This document shows positions 48,801-61,700 of a stretch of DNA of 64,000 bases, piece by piece. The DNA comes from Haliotis rubra (Eukaryota). Location: contig NW_025765122.1 in assembly GCF_003918875.1 (NCBI RefSeq), positions 62,001-126,000 of the forward strand. The letters run 5' to 3'. Numbering within the stretch: position 1 is the stretch's first letter; each line of letters opens with the position of its first letter. The translations under genes were made by a program, and so were the position numbers. The notes beneath the pieces are model-generated. The model was not told the origin of the DNA. It made no database searches and worked only from the letters and a program-made list of their open reading frames with translations.

Positions 48801-51800
48801 AGGGCCTGTGATGTGGACAAGGTGCCCAACTTAGGAACACAATGTCTCTGGTTCGAATTTAAAACCTAACAGGTGGTTGGGTAGCCTAGTGGTTAAAGCG
48901 TTTGCTCGTCATGCCGTTCGATTCCCCACATGGGTGCAATGTGTGAAGCCCATTTCTGGTGTTCCCCTCCGTGATATTGCTGGAATATTGCTAAAAGTGA
49001 CGTAAAACCATACTCACTCACTCACTAAAGCCTAACAGGGAACACATGCTGCTGATGCTGCTAGAACTGACCTCGCCTAATGAAGCATCATGGCAACTTT
49101 ATGATGTTCAATAGAGGGTCATGCAAAGTAGAAATTGGGCTTTGAGGGGTGTCGCAATAAGATTTCAGAGACACATGTGAAATTGAATATTGAAATTGTA
49201 ACAGCAAACAAATTATATCCCTTGATTCCTGGACATGTATTTTCAGTGTTGAGTCTATGACCAAGAATGAAATGCTGCGGAAGGGGATGGATATCAACCC
49301 CCACGTGTTTGAAGACGAGAAAGCAGCACAGTGCCTCATCCCGATGGGGTAAGTGTGATACGTCGCTTCTGAAGACCATGTTTGATGTAAGAGATGGATT
49401 GTTGAAACATGTGATTTGATGTAAAGTGTTTAGAAATGGTCAGCGGTTTCTTTTAGCTGTAAATTTATGATAATGCATAATGAACATCATTATTATTTTT
49501 ACAAAAATAACAATATTTCAAGAAAAAAATTCATGTGAATAGATTTATTTTTATCAATGTTAGATCGGTCAGAAGAAAGTTATTTTGACTTCTACTGGTG
49601 TTGAAATCAGGGTTGTTGGGAGAGAGACGTATTTTGAGTATGGATTGGCATATTAATATGTGGTGTCTCTATATATGGGTAATGGCAGATCCATCTCAGA
49701 GTCGGGTGCAAGGGTTGGGCACACCCTCATATTTACGCATAACATCTTTTTTCAAAATTATGGAACTGAGTTTTATAGCTCTCTTGCAAAACCATGACAA
49801 CTTATATTTTTGTTTTTGTGTTAGGTCTTGTACCAATCAGTTAGGTCTTGTACCAATCAGTTAGGTCTTGTACCAATCAGTTAGGTCTTGTACCAATCAG
49901 TTAGGTCTTGTACCAATCAGTTAGGTCTTCAACCAATCAGTGATTCTGCTTGTGATGCAACATGAATCAAGTTCCTCTGATTTCTGTGACTGTTTCAGTA
50001 TCACATCGGAGAATGTTGCTGAAAGGTTTGGGGTATCAAGGGAAAAACAAGACAGGTTCTCGTTGCGATCACACCAAAAGTAAGTATTAATGAAAAACAA
50101 TATCATTCACTGTCTTATAATCCTTTGCTGCCTTGTAACTTTGACACATTCCTCAGATATAGTCTAGTGGGTAAAATATTAGCTCGTCTCACTGAAGGCC
50201 TGGGTTGAATTCATTCATGGTCACTATTGGTCAATTTCTTAAGATATATGACCCATTTAGATGATGTAATCTTGACTCCCAAACAACCAGTCCTTGTTTT
50301 GTTTTGTAGTGTCAATCTTCACTAGGACCATCTTAGAATGAAATGGCTCACTTGCACTGAATTTTCAGTACTCTTACCATTGCAATTATTAAAAAAACAT
50401 CAGTCAGTTTAATTTTCCTTTAACTAGATGTATGATATTGTTCCTTAAGTATATCAGGTCAATCTACATCTATACATAAATTTAAGCATTAGCATGGTGT
50501 TCTAAGGTTCCATCTTCATAAAATAAGTTACACAATATGTGAAGACAGATTATTTTGTTTTTTATTTGTATTTTTTGCCTGCAGAAAAATGTGTTGAGAA
50601 AATATTGTTGGCATGTGAATGTCGCAACACACACAAGAAATAAGTAAGGTTTGGCTTGGGGTGGGAGTTACTGTTTGTGGCACAACTGATTACTCATAGT
50701 TGACAGTGGTAGCCTTTATTGAAAATATATAGATTTGTGGTTATTTACATGTGATATACTGGTAGGTGAAAACATCTTCACCTTCTCATGCCTGACCCTC
50801 AAGGTGTTGCCATGGTTACAGGTTGTTGTTTGTTACAGTGCCCACAAGGCGACAGTGTCGGGATTGTTTGATGCGGAGCTGGTTCCTGTGACAACCAAGA
50901 TTCTGGATAAAGATGGGAATGAGAGGACCATCACGGTAGGTGTCCAGGAAAAATCTTGGCACCAGACCGGCCCTGATCCACAAGTTCATGCATTGATTTA
51001 TACACACCATCATAGTGTCAGATATACGACCTCGTGCAATTGTCTGTAAAACTTCCCTTTAACTTCCCCATATGGGGAGTAACTCCTTTCCCGGTTCATT
51101 CTGATATAGTTATAACTAATAGAACTGTAGTGTCTTGTATTTTAACAGGACCAATAAAAGGGAAGAGGTTTATTTTTACATTTGTGCAAGGAATAAAAGA
51201 AATTTGAATGCTAAAAAATCCCATTTAGATAAACTCCAAATTTTCCAGCCAAATTTGGAGTGTGTCAGCGAGTTCAAATATGTTATATTTTTACAAATGA
51301 AGTAAATATTTTGTTCAAAGAAAGGTATGTTAATAGAATTTAGATCAATATTAATATTGTGAAATGCAGGTAGTTTAGAGTTTTGTATGCAGAAAGTAGA
51401 TTGTATTTGTGTTAAGATAATGCACATCTCTGGTATAGGTGACCAAGGACGATGGTATCAGACCAAGCACCACATTGGAGGGACTGGGGAGACTTCGCCC
51501 TGCTTTCAAGGAAGGGGGATCTACCACTGCTGGTATGTTTAGTGAGGGGGATCTACCACTGCTGGTATGTTTAGTGAGGGGGATCTACCACTGCTGGTAT
51601 GTTTAGTGAGGGGATCTACCACTGCTGGTATGTTTAGTGAGGGGATCTACCACTGCTGGTATGTTTAGTGAGGGGATCTACCACTGCTGGTATGTTTAGT
51701 GAGGGGATCTACCACTGCTGGTATGTTTAGTGAGGGGATCTACCACTGCTGGTATGTTTAGTGAGGGGATCTACCACTGCTGGTATGGTATGTTTAGTGA

Positions 51801-54800
51801 TGTTTAGTGGGGATCTACCACTGCTGGTATGTTTAGTGAGGGGATCTACCACTGCTGGTATGTTTAGTGAGGGGGATCTACCTGCTGGTATGTTTAGTGG
51901 TATGTTTAGTGAGGGGATCTACCACTGCTGGTATGTTTAGTGAGGGGATCTACCACTGCTGGTATGTTTAGTGAGGGGATCTACCACTGCTGGTATGTTT
52001 AGTGAGGGGATCTACCACTGCTGCTGGTATGTTTAGTGAGTGGGGGATCTACCACTGCTGAGGGTACCACTGCTGTTTAGTGAGGGGATCTACCACTGCT
52101 GGTATGTTTAGTGAGGGGATCTACCACTGCTGGTACCATGTTTAGTGAGGGGATCTACCACTGCACAGTGAGGGGATCTACCACTGCTGGTATGTTTAGT
52201 GAGGGGATCTACCCACTGCTGGTACTGTATGTTTAGTGAGAGGGATCTACCACTGCTGGTATGTTTAGTGAGGGGGATCTACCACTGCTGGTATGTTTAG
52301 TGAGGGGATCTACCACTGCTGGTATGTTTAGTGAGGGGATCTACCACTGCTGGTATGTTTAGTGAGGGGGTCTACCACTGCTGGTATGTTCAGTGAGGGT
52401 AATCTACCACTGCTGATATGTTTAGTGATGTTTAGTGAGGGATCTACCACTGCTGGTATGTTTAGTGAGGGGATCTACCACTGCTGGTATGTTTAGTGAG
52501 GGGGATCTACCACTGCTGGTTAGTGAGGGGGATCTACCACTGCTGGTATGTTTAGTGAGGGGATCTACCACTGCTGGTATGTTTAGTGAGTGAGGGGATC
52601 TACCACTGCTGGTATGTTTAGTGAGGGATCTACCACTGCTGGTATGTTTAGTGAGGGGATCTACCACTGTGAGGGGTATCTACCACTGCTGGTATGTTTA
52701 GTGAGGGGATCTACCACTGCTGGTATGTTTGAGGGGATCTACCACTGCTGGTTAGTGAGGGGGGATCTACCACTGCTGGTATGTTTAGTGAGGGGATCTA
52801 CCACTGCTGGTATGTTTAGTGAGGGGATCTACCACTGCTGGTATGTTTAGTGAGGGGTATCTACCACTGCTGTTTAGTGAGGGGGATCTACCACTGGTAT
52901 GTTTAGTGAGGGGATCTACCACTGCTGGTATGTTTAGTGAGGGGGATCTACCACTGCTGGTATGTTTAGTGAGAGGGATCTACCACTGCTGGTATGTTTA
53001 GTGATCTTCCACTGCTGGGGGTATGTTCTACCACTGCTGGTATGTTTAGTGAGGGATCTACCACTGCTGGTATGTTTAGTGAGGGGATCTACCACTGCTG
53101 GTATGTTTAGTGAGGGATCTACCACTGCTGGTATGTTTAGTGAGAGGGATCTACCACTGCTGGTATGTTTAGTGAGGGGGATCTACCACTGCTGGTATGT
53201 TTAGTGAGGGGGGTCTACCACTGCTGGTATGTTTAGTGAGGGGATCTACCACTGCTGGTATGTTTAGTGAGGGGATCTACCACTGCTGGTATGTTTAGAA
53301 ACGAGGTGAGTGATGGTGGTGGTTGTTTTCTGTGACAGGTAACTCGAGCCAGGTGAGTGATGGTGCTGCAGCAGTGCTGTTGGCGAGACGGTCAGAAGCA
53401 GAGCGGAGGCGCTGGCCAATCCTGGGCGTCCTCAAGTCTTATGCTGTGGAAGGTTGCCCTCCTGATATCATGGGTATTGGTCCATCCGTGGCCATCCCTG
53501 TGGCTCTCAGGAAAGCAGGTACAGCAGTTATCCTCATTTTTCTCTTCCATTTCACACAATTTAAACGGAAATTCCAAATTGTAGCTTGGTGGTCAAAACA
53601 GAAATGAAATAGAAACATATATTTCAGTGAACCATAATTATTGGGCAGATGCAATGGTACAAAACAAGTAAGTGATTGTAATATTATTATTAATGTTATG
53701 GATAAAAAAGGATTACATAGTTTTTGTTTCTCAAATATATCAAACACAGTTGAGTGACATAATTATCATAATTTAATCTTAATCCCTTCAATAATATAGG
53801 ATTTTTTCAATATATGTGACTTTTTGTGGTGTTTGTATGTGGAAATTTCAAATAATGATTTTGGGGGTCCCAGGTATTAACTATGTGAGATTTTGAGTAA
53901 CCAATATACCAACAGCAAATAAAATACTAACTTGCTTTGATGCCTGATGTTGGTTTGAAAGGACTTTCTTGTGAAAGTCAAAAAGTTAATGACAGAGTAA
54001 AGAAATTCAGACACTGATTGTGTGTATTTCTTGTCAGAAATATCAGATATTCTAAATTTATGAGGTAGTGGTTAAAGCGTTCGTTCGTCACACCAAAGTC
54101 CCGGGTTCGATTCCCCACATGGGTACAACGTGTGTGAAGCCCATTTCTGGCATATTGCTGGAATATTGCTAAAAGTGGCATAAAACCAAACTAACTCACT
54201 CCAGAGACCATATAATAACCATCTATTATATGGTCTCTGCTCACTCTAAATTCATGTGTGTCGATTATGTCATGCCAACATCCGTATTATTTAGCATGTT
54301 ATGGGACTTATAGTGATATTAATGCGTTAAAGCACTTGGATCTAAATTACAGTAGGAGGTATCCAACTGGTCAGTCTTACTTCATCATTTTCAAAATATG
54401 GTAGTTTTATCTCCTGAATCACTACAGGTCTCAAGGTCAGTGACATCGACATCTTCGAGATCAATGAGGCGTTCGCAAGCCAGGCATTGTACTGTCAGGA
54501 GAAACTGGGGATTCCCCTTGAGAAGGTCAACCCCAAGGGGGGTGCGGTCGCCCTGGGGCACCCTCTCGGGTGTACTGGCGCCAGGCAGATAGGGACTTTG
54601 TTGCATGAGCTCAAGAGAAGAGGCAAACCGTAAGTACTAGCATCACTTGGTGATTCAGGGTTAGAACAGGTCCCCAGCTGGTCGTAGGAGGCTGATGTCA
54701 TGGTACCAAGATGGCGTGGATCATTGCTAACAATATTGATCACTGGATTGTCTGGTGCAGACTCCACAATTTACAACCGCTATCATGTAGGTGGAAGATT

Positions 54801-55548
54801 CCTTACAGTGTTGCCAAACAACAAAGTAATGTCCTATGTTCTGGAGACTTGTATGAATCATTGAAGTGGAAGTATATAACAAGGTTTAATCATGTATAGT
54901 TCATGGGCAGGTGAGGAATATAGTGTATCCTTACTCACAAATATACTCTTGCCATCACATTGGCCAGTTAACGATTTTGAAAAATCCCATACAAGTCAGC
55001 TGATCAGTTGGTACAGACAGCATGGTGCAGTAGGGCCTAACAGGAAGTCACTTGTCATGGGACACTTGATTCAGTTCACATATTGAGTAATCATTGATGG
55101 TTTGGAGCTTATGGTGTGCTGTGTATTCTACACCACTGATGTTTCCAGCCTTATATCATGGTGCGTAGTCTACGCTCTTCATGTTTGAATGAATCTTTTA
55201 TTTATTCCGTTGATGTTTCAGGGATTACAGTCTGGTGTATATTCTACACTGTTGATGTTTCAGGGATTACAGTCTGGTGTATATTCTACACTGTTGATGT
55301 TTCAGGGATTACGGTGTGGTGTATATTCTACACTGTTGATGTTTCAGGGCTTACGGTGTGGTGTATATTCTACATGCTGTTGATGTTTCAGGGCTTACGG
55401 TGTGGTGTATATTCTACACTGTTGATGTTTCAGGGCTTACGGTGTGGTGTATATTCTACACTGTTGATGTTTCAGGGCTTACGGTGTTGTCTCCATGTGT
55501 ATTGGCACTGGCATGGGAGCAGCGGCTGTTTTCCAGTACCAAGGATAA
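42724..55548 (+). CDS. ACAA1: Peroxisomal 3-ketoacyl-CoA thiolase, 12 coding exons, ~414 aa
   Basis: Exons: 42724-42870, 44340-44434, 45832-45883, 46664-46743, 47835-47877, 49247-49348, 49999-50079, 50839-50935, 51439-51532, 53339-53518, 54428-54629, 55476-55548. All are GT-AG with compatible phases once one extra G in exon 2 is removed. PTS2 [25 protein letters not shown] and CIGTGMG motifs. AATAAA at 56032. Confidence 0.95.
43354..43566. mobile_element. PIF/Harbinger-type MITE (second copy, inverted, 45348-45597)
   Basis: GGCC termini, inner TTGTGGTTCCGATT/AATCGGAACCACAA inverted repeats, TTA TSD. Confidence 0.7.
43835..44230 (+). mobile_element. L2-type LINE 3' fragment
   Basis: [38 protein letters not shown], then a GCGCTATATAAAT tail. 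Confidence 0.8.
44340..44434 (+). CDS. ACAA1: ACAA1 exon 2 (+1 G in homopolymer at 44397-44401)
   Basis: [31 protein letters not shown]. Confidence 0.88.
44793..45170 (-). mobile_element. L2-type LINE 3' fragment
   Basis: [28 protein letters not shown], then a (TTA)n tail. Confidence 0.8.
45832..45883 (+). CDS. ACAA1: ACAA1 exon 3
   Basis: [17 protein letters not shown]|GTGAGT. Confidence 0.85.
45874..46470 (+). repeat. ~28-bp minisatellite (about 20 copies) spanning the ACAA1 exon 3 donor
   Basis: Unit AGTTTTACAG|GTGAGTTTCACAGGGAGCA. The first unit begins inside exon 3. Confidence 0.95.
46664..46743 (+). CDS. ACAA1: ACAA1 exon 4 (catalytic Cys)
   Basis: [26 protein letters not shown]. 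Confidence 0.92.
47835..47877 (+). CDS. ACAA1: ACAA1 exon 5
   Basis: [15 protein letters not shown]. Confidence 0.88.
48616..48810. mobile_element. MITE with perfect 30-bp TIRs and 8-bp TSD (hAT/P type)
   Basis: CACAGGCCCTCGTGTCTTTGCGAGGATTAA and its reverse complement. TSD ATGTTGAC/ATGTGGAC. Confidence 0.85.
49247..49348 (+). CDS. ACAA1: ACAA1 exon 6
   Basis: [19 protein letters not shown]. Confidence 0.92.
49820..49940. repeat. 20-bp tandem repeat x6
   Basis: TTAGGTCTTGTACCAATCAG. Confidence 0.95.
49999..50079 (+). CDS. ACAA1: ACAA1 exon 7
   Basis: [26 protein letters not shown]. Confidence 0.92.
50839..50935 (+). CDS. ACAA1: ACAA1 exon 8
   Basis: [32 protein letters not shown]. Confidence 0.92.
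51439..51532 (+). CDS. ACAA1: ACAA1 exon 9
   Basis: [31 protein letters not shown]. Confidence 0.92.
51514..53298 (+). repeat. ~31-bp minisatellite (roughly 55-60 copies) spanning the ACAA1 exon 9 donor
   Basis: Unit GAGGGGATCTACCACTGCTG|GTATGTTTAGT. The first unit begins inside exon 9. Confidence 0.95.
53339..53518 (+). CDS. ACAA1: ACAA1 exon 10
   Basis: [35 protein letters not shown]. Confidence 0.94.
54428..54629 (+). CDS. ACAA1: ACAA1 exon 11
   Basis: [35 protein letters not shown]. Confidence 0.94.
55203..55487 (+). repeat. 42-bp minisatellite (~7 copies) spanning the ACAA1 exon 12 acceptor
   Basis: Unit TATTCTACACTGTTGATGTTTCAG|GGCTTACGGTGTGGTGTA. The last unit runs into exon 12. 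Confidence 0.95.
55476..55548 (+). CDS. ACAA1: ACAA1 exon 12 (last coding exon)
   Basis: [23 protein letters not shown]. Confidence 0.93.
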
Positions 55549-56344
55549 TCAAATTCCTGGTTGGAGCCACCAGCTGAAGAGGAAAACTCCCTTCAGCAGA
55601 ATAATTAAGAGTCATATATTCAGAGGGTGAAAACAACGGATGTCAATGCAAGGTAGTACTCTCACTCCTGCATCTGTGATTTGGAGATCTCTGCCTTTCA
55701 GAAATGGATTGGTTGATTTTGTGGCTGTATGCAAGTAGTATGTTACTTCAGATTACAAATGTCAGCAAATCTATTTTAACATCAAATGAACTCCACTTGA
55801 AGTGACTTGTCATTCTTATCAGATATTCAGATGTTAATATCCAGGAAGCTATGTTCTTGGTGCTGAGGCAATTTGAGAAAGTCTTCAAGGCTCTTGACAC
55901 AATTCTCCATGAGCCTCGAGAAACCTCTGTGGAATTTTTTATTTTGTTTGTCTTGATACATGAACTATTCCACGATATTGTACAGTCAATGATATGTTAA
56001 GTGAAGTATATATATATATATATCTTTGTTGAATAAATTTATATATTTACAAATTAGAAAATGTCCATTATTTTTTCTGTTAATCTGTGACAAAGAGTTC
56101 ACAAAGCCAAAGACTAAACCATTATCAGTAGAGTGCAATACATAAAGGGAAACAAAGTTTTTAAACTTCAATAAGTTTTCGTGTGTAGTTTAAGGCCACA
56201 CTCAGCATTATCCCAGTTATATGATGGCAGCCGAGTTACGAAATCTAGACCACGTCTAACTCAGAATTCTTGTTGGAGACCTTGTCTAACCAAGAATCCA
56301 AGAGAAAAGGCTTGAGAGAAGAGATAGGTCTTAAGTTGTGACCT

Positions 56345-56921
56345 AGCAAGAAGACAAAGTCATCAATATCCCCCGCAACGGCAAAATACTCTTTATGAAT
56401 ATGTCTACTAAGTAAGATTATGTCAATGTTTTGGAGTGTATACAGCAAAGTGGAAGGAGAGAATTGAAAGGTTTTAAGATCTCTCCAGAAAGGAGCACTA
56501 CCACCAAATTCAGTTGAAGCCTAACTTGTTGCCATGGAAAATGGAACAAGATTACATCCTCATTGTCACAGCTTAAGTCATGTTTCCATGGAAACCACAA
56601 AAAAATACAATTCATATCTGGATCTAAACCCCAAAAGGCACATCTAGGGTTCATGCTTGATATGTGTACCAAGTTTGATGAAGCTTGTGTGTATAATTTA
56701 GGAGATCTGCTCCAGACAAGATGACATCCTCATAGTCACAGCCTAATCATGTTCCATGGAAACCGCATAAAATAAAATTCCCATCTGGGTGTAACCCCCA
56801 AAAGGCACGTCTATGTGTACCAAGATATCACCATTAGTTTAGAAGATATGCTTCGGACAAAGTGTGACAGACTCACCTCGTTTCTGTATCCCGATAAACA
56901 ACGAAGTTGCGGGGGATAAAA
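56345..56921 (+). mobile_element. Helentron/HINE-like non-autonomous element
   Basis: Subterminal inverted repeats ATCCCCCGCAAC (~56367) and GTTGCGGGGGAT (~56906). Two internal ~170-bp tandem units (56553 and 56722). Confidence 0.5.
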
Positions 56922-57523
56922 AGAAGCATGTCTGGTATTGTCTCTCAGGTATTGTGGCAGGCTGTTCCATAGGATTGATGCGGTGTAAATAAAAGTCCTT
57001 TTGCCATTTTGTGGTGTTCTTACTTTTGGGACAGTTAGCAGGTGTACACCAGAATAGGTTGCTACAGACCAAGTCTAATCTGGAATCCCCCCCAGTGTAA
57101 ACCAGCAAAGGTTGCTTGAGAGCTTGTCACACCAAGAATCCCCACAATGTACATGAAAATAGGTTTCTAGGGACCAAGTCTAACCACCCCTGAAAGGTCC
57201 TGAAAGAATGTCCTATGATAAGGCTGACACTAGGTGAGCCAAGTTCTGTGATCTGTCCTCAGGCATCAGATGTCCATGATTTAGTGTTATGTTACAATTA
57301 TAACTCTCAGGACTGAGGCACAATTTCTTCAGACGTTTTGTTCTTTATGTACATATGGATGTGACAGTCTTGTCTTAGACAAAATAAAAACTTCTTGTTA
57401 ATTGCATGTAGCACTCAAGCTGAAGTGATGACAACCAAGTGATGAGAGGGATATGATACGTTGTGATTGGCAGCATTTTAACTGTAATATCAATGCACCT
57501 TTCACAACTTATATAGATATATA

Positions 57524-58777
57524 TAGTATGACCATAAATTATTGAGAATTTTAGGAATATGTTTAATCGGATTTCTAGTATAAATAACCTTAACCAGCTA
57601 TCAAGTGCTTGGTTTCATTCAAGAGAGATAACTCCGTTAATCCTTTTTCATTAGTTTGTGAAGAGTTATCCCCCTTTGTTTACTTGCCAGCAGACGACAT
57701 TTTCAGTGATCCTCAGTATGGATGATTTAGAGAAGAGGAAGTTGATTTTAGAGTGTTATAACAAGGACATCAGATCAGCTAAAGTGATTTCAAGTAGAAC
57801 AGGCATCCATTTGTCCACTGTTTATCGTTTTTGAAAAATATTGCAAATGGATATGGCATTGAGTACCAGGGAGGCGCAGGTAGGCCCAGAAAATTGACTG
57901 TCGGTGACAGGAGGCGGCCTGGTATTCTTGTTTCTAAAAACAAACGAAGGAGTTAAGAAAACTTAAGGCTGGATATGATTGATAGAGGAACTGAGCTGAA
58001 TGCAATGGGTTGGCAGAAAAGTCGAGGAATTCCATCACCGATCATGAAACCTGAACAAAAGGGGTGAAGGTTGAACTGGTGCTTACAGCTAAGAAATTTC
58101 AACTGGGACAATGTGATTTTCTCAGATGAAAGTTTTGTGTGGCTGTTTCCTAATACACTGAAATTCTGGACCAAACAAACTGAAAAACCTTTGTATCAGC
58201 GCCCAAAGGACAGTCCGAAATTGAACGTGTGGGGTGGCATATCTGTGTTAGGGGCAACGCCCCTCTTTGTATTTGAAGGGAATATGAACAGTGAGCGGTA
58301 CACAGATATTCTCGAGGGACATTTACTTCCATCTGCTCACATGTTCTATGGAAAATTTTTGATTTTCCAGCAGGACAACGACCCAAAACATCGTTCAAAG
58401 CATTCACAGCCCTGGTTTCGGATATGACATTATTAGATTGGCCAAGCTATAGCCCTGACCTAAATCCAACAGAAAATGTTTGGGGACTTATGAAGGAAAG
58501 TGTCAAAAAAAATAATCTGACAAATATTGCTGAAATGAAAGAAGTGGTGGTCCGACATTGGGACAGCATGGACCACGACTTTCTAACTTCTCAGTAGTAT
58601 GCCCCGCCGCATTGAAGCCTGCATTGCTGCCCATGGTGACTTGACAAAATACTAACTGTTCACCTGTCTTTGAATCTGGAGTTATGTTCTGCTAATATTC
58701 ACATTTAATACCTGAGTAATGAGTGAAAAAAAAAAAAATTACAATCTTAAAATTCTCAATAATTTCTGGTTGTACTG
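57524..58777 (+). mobile_element. Tc1-like DNA transposon with decayed transposase (57718-58655)
   Basis: ~33-bp TIRs and TA TSD. Motifs VIFSDES, VWGGIS, FQQDNDPKH and WPSYSPDLNPTENVW. Contains stops and frameshifts. Confidence 0.92.
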
Positions 58778-61700
58778 TATATCTACATACCTTTTGCAAA
58801 TCCTGCATAAGTGGTTGGCACGCTTAGGCACAGAATCCAACCAAGGCAGTACTTTGGCACATACAGTTTGAGTTCTACAGGTTCACTCAAACCATCTCTA
58901 CATCCTTCAGTTGGCTGGCGGGGGCGGTGGGGTAGTCAAGTGGTTAAAGCGTTGGCTCGTCACGCCTAAGACCCGGGTTCGAATCCCCACATGGGTACAG
59001 TGAGTGAAGCCCATTTCTGGTGTCCCCCACCGTGATATTGCTGGAATATTGCTAAAAGCGGCGTTAAACCAAACTCAGTCAGTCAGTCAGTCAGTCAGTC
59101 AGTCGGCAGTCGGCTTGGCATTGTTATAGAACTTGTCTCTTACGTCTGTGTTGGCCATTAGCTACCTATTAGCTCTTGTTCCGTGTTGGTTCGAACCCAT
59201 AAAAGGAGACTCTGAATCGCAATACTTCAAAATTACCGTAGTTTCTGTAAGATGTTGCCATCGCTGAAATCTGACACAAAGCCTGATAAATATTCGACAT
59301 TTTATTGAATATGCATTAACAAGTAGAAAATGATGAGATTGAATGATGACAGAGTGAAACATGAATATACAAGATGAACGTCCAAGATGGAGAGACAGAA
59401 TGAAATAGTGGCAACCATTGCAATATGGCCGCCATGAACCAAATGACAATACATACAACACAGTAGGTCCTCAAATCAGAGGAACTCACAGCTTCATCAA
59501 ACAGTAACTGCAAAGGTTTTGGTCAAGTAAACAATTGTCTATTTGTCTCGAGTTAGAATTGCACAAATGATACACATATTGAGTTTACAGTCACTGAAAT
59601 GAAGAAAACAGACTGACCTTCTTTTCATCTGCTGAGATAGACAGATGCCATTAGTTGATGTCCATTGTGCTTGATGCCAAATCAGAGATGCAGCTTTCTA
59701 CCAAATCTCTCTTGTGCAAAACCACGGTTCATCACCACAAAATGGAGAAAGGTACAAAACATTTAACATGTTTCCCAATTCAATCACAAATGTAGAAATA
59801 GAGCATAAACATACATTCTAACAGTCAAGAAAACTAGTTAACTTCAATACAAAGACAATTCTGATGCAGTTTATTCTTATCATGATGAGGATCTGCCATG
59901 ATCACTGACACCCGGAGGTTAAGAAAGTCTGACTGGCACTATGGAGACTGCACGGAGAGATGACCTCATGGTTACCCAAAACTAATGATGTGTCCAACAT
60001 AATGTCACATTGATGAAAACAAGTCAGTTTCAAGATTATTTCAGTTCCATTTCCTTGTCCAGATACTGAAGTTTCTCTATGCTATTCTAGCGATCATTTT
60101 TCCCAGAATATCGTGTCATGATTCACAGATGTATCACCAACTTAGTCCTCTCATGCTACTGTATTCATTCATGATTTGTTTCTGCATCCATTGCCTGTAA
60201 CTATCAAGTAAGTAACGTTTTCAAACACCTGAAAATTGCTTTCGTGGGTAGCTTTACTCTACCCCCTGCCATGAAAACAATGCTGCATCTTGGGGACCGG
60301 TCATTGTTACTGAATGCGAGTTAAACCCTCCCATGTCCTTCACACTGTCAACATGATCCTCCTCAAACTGACGGCTATGTTTTGGTGACCCCCCCAACAC
60401 TTCCCCCTGCCAAATGGTCCCTCTTGTAAAATACATGTATGACACAACTAAATCCCCTGTTATGCACACTCAGCAAAAACTGGAAAGAACATCTTGCTTG
60501 GTAAAGATGCATACACCTGTCTTGAAATATGTTATAGAAAGGATAAAGAAATTGAAATCCTAAATCAACTCTGCTTTCATTTCTTTTTATAGACAACTGT
60601 ACTGCATGTACAAAAACTAGGATCCAGAATTTGGATAATACAAAACAATTACTCAACCCACTTGTGTCGTCAATGTGATTCTACCATTCCGTGGTAAAAC
60701 ATACCACAATAGACAAAAATAAAGAACCAAATAAAATCGGTATCAGGAATAATTTGAATAATTTTTCTTGTAGTGAAGACATTAAAATATCCACAAATTA
60801 TTCAACAATTTCTGTTCTGTGAGTGAGTGAGTTTAGTTTTACGCCACACTCAGCAATATTCAAGCTATATGTTTAGTAGAGGTGATCAATATTATACATA
60901 GTCCTGAACTCGGTCTATCAGTAGACCTGACTTAGAGTCAAATAACATCATATACAACAGGTTTAGTACCTCACTTGTATGATACAAAAATACCATAACT
61001 GATATTTCAAACTCGTTTGATAACTTACAAAATATTCTATTATCAACTCAACATTTCTTTTAAAAAATACAACAGTTTATGTAATACTGAATTCAATGGA
61101 AGGTTCTCATAAACATCCCAGAAAAACCAATTTATTCATGCAAACATGACTTGAATGTGGTACAAACTGCTATTAGCTCTAGTAATGTGAAACAATCTGG
61201 TTCGCTTGAACTGCCTTAGAGGGATATGTAGCAGTAATTCTCTACCATGAACACAGATCTGAAAACTCTCATAAGCAACATTTTAATAATGTTAGCACTG
61301 GACTACATGTAGTGCAATCAGCTCAACACAATCGTGAGAGAGTGGGCAAGTTTAGTTTTACGTCGCTTTCAGCAATATTCCACCGACATCAGAAATGGGC
61401 TTCACACATTCACTATGTCGGGAATCGAACCTGGGTCTTCAGCATGACAAGCGAACGTTTAAACCATGGAGCTACCTCCACGGCCCCTCACCACAATAGA
61501 AAAACTGATGTAAACAATATGCTTAGTCTTTTGTAATTGTTTACCCTCAGACTGCTGAAAAATTTAAAGTGTTGTGAAGTCAAGCATAACAATTCACAAA
61601 AATAGTTTTCTTATTATTTTTAAAGTTTTATTTTTTTTTGTAAATTTTGGTTTCCTAAAACCTACCTGAATTTTACCCACTTGAATTATATCTACAAAAC

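Noticed and set aside
52422-53204. Repetitive ORFs ([10 protein letters not shown]...)
   Set aside because: Translations of the intronic minisatellite.
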